Shown here: positions 58,530 to 64,000 of the stretch, in pieces
Layout of the letters: the number at the start of each line of letters is the position of its first letter
Numbering within the stretch: the first letter of the stretch is position 1
NCBI GenBank assembly: GCA_021732785.1
Contig: JAKFUG010000017.1
Location: forward strand, 51,352 to 115,351
Source: Planctomycetaceae bacterium
GTDB taxonomy: Bacteria; Planctomycetota; Planctomycetia; Planctomycetales; Planctomycetaceae
Reading direction: 5' to 3'
DNA: 64,000 nucleotides
The notes under the pieces: model-generated
Told to the model about the DNA's origin: nothing
Seen by the model: the letters and a program-made list of their open reading frames with translations, nothing else
Database searches by the model: none
Program-made: the position numbers and the translations under genes

Positions 58530-60113
58530 TCATTCCGCATACAGCGGCTTGTGCCGATACGGTGTTTCCAGAATCAGCAGGCACATCACGGTGACGTATA
58601 ACCGGCCGGCTTTGTCGCCGTATTCTTCGCCCGCGCCCGGTGGTTGTGTGGGATGCCAACTGCCGCGGACGTCGTTCCCTTTACCACCCCCGCCGATAAG
58701 CTGATTCTTCACCACGAGATCGCGCACCGGCGGGTACCACGTTTCCCACGGTTCGCCCCCCAAGTTGTGCAGCATCTGCGCGGTGTAATACCACCCATAA
58801 ACATTGCGGCGACCGCCCGACCATTCCGCGCGATTCTCAGGGGTCAACAGAAACTGCACGCCGTCGACCATCGGCGGATGATCCTTCGGCCAGCCCATCC
58901 ATTGCCGACAGAGCAAGCCTTCCGCCGTCAGTGCCGCCGTCACCCGTTGCGGCGGATCGTGCGGTTCGTATTTGTAACGCGCGCCGCGTTGTTCCTGCAC
59001 GGAATCGAGGAACTGGCTGGCCCGCTCGAACTCGCCCTCGCCGACATTGATTCCGGCAATCCGGGCCGTGTGCAGCGCCATCAACGCCCAGCCGGTGACG
59101 GACAAATCGCCATTCATCTGCCGGGAAATCGGCCGGTATTTCCAGCCCCCTAAATCGGGATGTTGCGAGTCGAGGAGATAGCGAACGGCTTTTTCTGCGG
59201 GAACGCGGTACGTCTCGTCATCGGTGAGTGCGAGCGTTTCGCACAGCACCAGCGTGGCCATCGCGTGAGCATAAAATGCCGGTTGCCGGCCTTCTTCCTG
59301 TCGCTGGTCGTGTAAGTCGCCGGTGTTGGGATCCTGTGTGTCGACCAGCCACTTCAGCCCCTTCCTGACGACCGCGGCGTGTTCCCCTTCGAGATGCGTC
59401 GCGTTGGTCCCCAGAAACGCCAGCAGCGCGAGCGCCGTGGCTCCGGTATCGGTCCGAATCACTTTGAAACCGGGGTCGGGATAGCCTTGATGAAGTTCCC
59501 ATTTCCCGTCGCTGTTCTGTTGACGGGCCAGCCATGCCAATCCGGCTTTCACGGCCCGTTGCGAATCGTTTGAACCGCCGAGACCTTCGAGTCCGGTCCC
59601 GCCGCCACCGGCTCCGTTTCCGCTTCCCTTCCCGCCGGTGCCCACGCCCCGGTTGCCGAAGGCCCCCTGGCCGACATTCACCGGTTTCACACCCGGCCCC
59701 GGTCCGGCGACGGGGGCGACTTCTTTCGGTGGCGTCTTCGCGGACCCTGGCCCCCCCGTCGAAGGAACGGCGGTGATGTTCACCGGCAAACCGACCGGCT
59801 TGCGCTTCCCCTTGGTATTCGCCGGCAAGTGCGAAGCATCGAACCAATCGGCGATATACGTGTCCACCACGTTTTCGCGCGGAAGCTGGTAAATCCACAG
59901 CCCCAGGGCAATCAACACGGTCGCGTGCAGAAGGACGCTGATGCCGACGCCCGTTCCCAGCGTGAAGGCCACCCGTCGCAGCTTTTCCTGCCAGGTGAGC
60001 TGCTGCCAGGTGGACTCGCGGGGATCGACATCAATGCCCAGGTCCGGTCCGCGCACACGCTTCGGCCGCGGTTTGGCGGCAGGCGGAACAATCATGGGCG
60101 GGTCAGCGGACAT
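58530..60113 (-). CDS. Membrane-anchored prenyltransferase / squalene-oxidase-repeat (alpha/alpha toroid) protein
   Basis: N-terminal TM followed by a Gly/Pro-rich linker. Repeats of the QNSDGKW / DLGGWKY type, typical of terpenoid-cyclase-fold proteins common in Planctomycetes. Confidence 0.7.
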   Translation of the reverse strand: MSADPPMIVPPAAKPRPKRVRGPDLGIDVDPRESTWQQLTWQEKLRRVAFTLGTGVGISVLLHATVLIALGLWIYQLPRENVVDTYIADWFDASHLPANTKGKRKPVGLPVNITAVPSTGGPGSAKTPPKEVAPVAGPGPGVKPVNVGQGAFGNRGVGTGGKGSGNGAGGGGTGLEGLGGSNDSQRAVKAGLAWLARQQNSDGKWELHQGYPDPGFKVIRTDTGATALALLAFLGTNATHLEGEHAAVVRKGLKWLVDTQDPNTGDLHDQRQEEGRQPAFYAHAMATLVLCETLALTDDETYRVPAEKAVRYLLDSQHPDLGGWKYRPISRQMNGDLSVTGWALMALHTARIAGINVGEGEFERASQFLDSVQEQRGARYKYEPHDPPQRVTAALTAEGLLCRQWMGWPKDHPPMVDGVQFLLTPENRAEWSGGRRNVYGWYYTAQMLHNLGGEPWETWYPPVRDLVVKNQLIGGGGKGNDVRGSWHPTQPPGAGEEYGDKAGRLYVTVMCLLILETPYRHKPLYAE

Positions 60114-60116
60114 GAA

Positions 60117-60288
60117 GACAGAGTCAAGTGTCAAGAGCGGAGTGTCAAGTGCCAGAATACGACACAAGCCGAGACCTCGACAGAGATCGATTCTGTGAAG
60201 GTCACGTTCAACCGGTCAAACTCTCGGAACAGAGTTCTCAAGCATCTTTCCGGCACTTGACACTTGACCCTCAGCACTTGACCGTCTT
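60117..60288. repeat. MITE-like element, family 5 copy B (arms built from GTCAAGTG tandem sub-repeats)
   Basis: AGACAGAGTCAAGTGTCAAGAGCGGAGTGTCAAGTGCCAG ... CCGGCACTTGACACTTGACCCTCAGCACTTGACCGTCT with a roughly 95-bp spacer. Confidence 0.7.
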
Positions 60289-60348
60289 CTGCGTTTCCGC
60301 GAAAACGGAGGGGCGCTAATCGCTTTTCGCTTTCCAGGATCGCTTTCG

Positions 60349-62037
<1,689 letters not shown>

Positions 62038-62090
62038 GAAGCCCAGCCATTGCGATGGCTGGGATGGAATCCGAAAGCAGGCGCGATCCC

Positions 62091-62576
62091 ATGAATCTGA
62101 TTGACGAACTGAAAACGATTGTTCGAGCCATGCACGCCGCGGGAATTCCTTATGCGGTCTGTGGGGGCATCGCCGTGACGATTCATGGATTTGCACGAAC
62201 CACGCGCGACATCGATCTGTTAATCCAACCCAAGGACCTCGACCGCACGCTCGAATGCGTTCATGGCGTCGGATACAATCTGGAAGGCGGGACGATTCCC
62301 TTGGGAACCGGCGAAGGGTTCGAGCAAGAACTGGTCCGCATTTCCAAAGCCGTTGGACGAGAACTGATGACGCTCGACTTACTGCTAGTCGACCCGCTGT
62401 ATGAACCGGCTTGGGCATCACGCAGCCAGTTCGTCTGGCTGGATGAAAATCTCACTGTGGTTTCGCGCGATGGTCTCGCCATCATGAAGCGGTTGTCAGG
62501 TCGCCCGCAAGACCTCGTGGACCTTCAACGATTAGGAATTGACTCGGATGACACCCCCAACGCGCCCGCCGGTTGA
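62091..62576 (+). CDS. Nucleotidyltransferase-fold protein (MNT/DUF6036-like)
   Basis: GG..V..HG motif (CGGIAVTIHG) and a DIDLL acidic dyad typical of minimal nucleotidyltransferases. Confidence 0.5.
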   Translation: MNLIDELKTIVRAMHAAGIPYAVCGGIAVTIHGFARTTRDIDLLIQPKDLDRTLECVHGVGYNLEGGTIPLGTGEGFEQELVRISKAVGRELMTLDLLLVDPLYEPAWASRSQFVWLDENLTVVSRDGLAIMKRLSGRPQDLVDLQRLGIDSDDTPNAPAG

Positions 62577-62577
62577 T

Positions 62578-62751
62578 ATGTCTCCCGAGGCCATTGCCCA
62601 GCGCCTCGAAGAACTCGCGGATTTGTACGAGTTCTGGAAGTCGATTCGCACGGCGAAGTACGTGGGACCGGTGAATCCGCCGGCCACATCAACCACGGAA
62701 AAGCAGAACACCCCAGCCTTGGCAAAGGCTGGGCTTCCGGGCGATGTTTGA
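62578..62751 (+). CDS. Small hypothetical protein (57 aa)
   Basis: Starts 2 nt after the nucleotidyltransferase stop. No family. Possible partner protein. Confidence 0.2.
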   Translation: MSPEAIAQRLEELADLYEFWKSIRTAKYVGPVNPPATSTTEKQNTPALAKAGLPGDV

Positions 62752-62757
62752 ATCGTA

Positions 62758-63999
62758 TTAACCCAACCATTCCGGCTTGAACAGCATCATCAATCCGATG
62801 GCAAGAATCACGCTGCCGCTGATGAGCTTCAGCATGCGGCCCCCCTCTTCCTGCAGGCGATGCTTGCCGAGCGTGATGACCACCACGGCGACCATCAGCG
62901 AATCGTCGAACATGTAGGCGGCGATGTACAGCAGTAGATAAGCGTGATTCATCCACGGCGGGAGATTTTGCATCGTGAGGACGCCGGTGTACATCGCGGG
63001 GAGACCGGCGGTGCAGAGGAGTTCCACGATGTTGACGAGGACGGCGAGCACGCTGGCCCCGATGATCGCCCCAATCAGCGATTCCGCCATCACAATCTTG
63101 CGGACGCGGGCGGCGACACTCGACTTCGCCGATTCCGGGATCGACAGCGACACGCCTTTCTTGAAAGCGAAGAAATCCTTGACGTGGATCACACCGACTG
63201 TGGTGCCGAGAATGCCGAGGGCGATCTGTGCGGCTCGCACCAGTCCGATGAGATAGAAGACGTTGAGCCACGCCGTCATGAAGAGGTAGTACGCGGCACC
63301 GCTGATGAAGACGAATGATCCCGCGACGGCGAGAATCTTGCGGCGATCCTTCAGGTTCACGAGAACTGACAGCAGAAACATCAGCACCCACATCGCGCAC
63401 GGGTTAAAGCCGTCGACGAGGCCCACCATGATGGTGAACGCGGGCATGCCCCACTGCTTCCAATTGACTTCGCCGATGAACGGCAGCTTGACCACATCGG
63501 ACTGCCGAGCGGCTTCGACCACGACCTTTTCCACGGCCGTTGTTTCTTCGGGGAGCGCAAGTTTCCGCGGCGATTTGACCGCCGGAGCATCGCCGTCATC
63601 GGCCATGGGTTCGATCGCCGACGGTGGGAGGGCGACATCGTTGACTGCGGGAGGCGGAGCAGCGGCATCATCCAATGCCGGTGGCGGTGTCTCGTCTGAC
63701 AATGCCGGCGGGGGAGCATCATCGGCCCACGCCTGTCCCCACACGGACGGATAGTGGTAGCGTTGTTTGTCGTTCCGAAGCGACGCTTGCGCCGGTGGCG
63801 CGGGTGCCGGGGCTGCGGCGGGAACACAATCGAGGGTCACCGCTTTGAGCGTGTCTTCCCATTGCTTGCCGGTCGACACGATGTCGTTGAAGCCGACCTG
63901 GAATTTTCCGGCCGCATGCACCGCCGGAACGCCAGTCCCAGTGACACGATACCGCTGGGCGACTTCGTTCATGCGGGCGGAAACGCCCGCCTCCAGCAC
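62758..63999 (-). CDS. Membrane thiol-disulfide protein: thioredoxin-like periplasmic region fused to DsbD/CcdA-like transmembrane domain (5' end outside window)
   Basis: The TM region carries Cys in FNPCAMW and LCTAGLPAMY, reminiscent of the DsbD_2/CcdA core. The ORF continues past the window end. Confidence 0.45.
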   Translation of the reverse strand: MLEAGVSARMNEVAQRYRVTGTGVPAVHAAGKFQVGFNDIVSTGKQWEDTLKAVTLDCVPAAAPAPAPPAQASLRNDKQRYHYPSVWGQAWADDAPPPALSDETPPPALDDAAAPPPAVNDVALPPSAIEPMADDGDAPAVKSPRKLALPEETTAVEKVVVEAARQSDVVKLPFIGEVNWKQWGMPAFTIMVGLVDGFNPCAMWVLMFLLSVLVNLKDRRKILAVAGSFVFISGAAYYLFMTAWLNVFYLIGLVRAAQIALGILGTTVGVIHVKDFFAFKKGVSLSIPESAKSSVAARVRKIVMAESLIGAIIGASVLAVLVNIVELLCTAGLPAMYTGVLTMQNLPPWMNHAYLLLYIAAYMFDDSLMVAVVVITLGKHRLQEEGGRMLKLISGSVILAIGLMMLFKPEWLG

Positions 64000-64000
64000 G

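Noticed and set aside
62539-62751. 70-aa ORF overlapping the nucleotidyltransferase 3' end
   Set aside because: The shorter version starting at 62578, right after the stop, is more plausible and is listed with low confidence. The overlapping long version is rejected.

Overview
This 64 kb window is high-GC (about 60-65%) chromosomal DNA whose gene content points to a Planctomycete, probably Gemmataceae-like. The evidence is a DUF1501 protein with a Tat signal, a squalene-cyclase-like alpha/alpha-toroid protein, WD40, HEAT and PDZ secreted proteins, many ECF-type regulators, and Planctomycete-type GT-C and GT9 glycosyltransferases. The window is mostly housekeeping and envelope genes: pilT, a PAP2 phosphatase, crcB, an LPS heptosyltransferase, comF, hemC, recQ, a GntR-ABC-permease operon, a sialidase-like BNR protein, a SAM methyltransferase, nusB, a CaCA antiporter, a flotillin-like SPFH protein, a bi-domain Gfo/Idh/MocA-MDR oxidoreductase, lepB, fabH, an ECF sigma/anti-sigma pair, an EpmB-like radical SAM enzyme, an HpcH aldolase, a beta-lactamase-family hydrolase, an FtsX permease and glnS. 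There are also two type II toxin-antitoxin modules, one of which has a frameshifted toxin. The most unusual aspect is the intergenic DNA. I count at least eight families of short palindromic REP- or MITE-like elements. They include a 30-bp element present four times in alternating orientation that brackets two small lower-GC gene modules at 26.1-27.5 kb. They also include hairpin elements whose loop is inverted between copies, elements whose inverted-repeat arms are built from 8-9 bp tandem sub-repeats, a 64-bp near-perfect palindrome nested inside a MITE-like element, and cassette-like repeats that carry relics of the fabH 3' end. There is a recent tandem duplication of a small secreted protein together with the ftsX 3' end. 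I found no CRISPR array, rRNA, tRNA, transposase or integrase. Start codons are approximate, and the ORF track clearly uses ATG, GTG and TTG.
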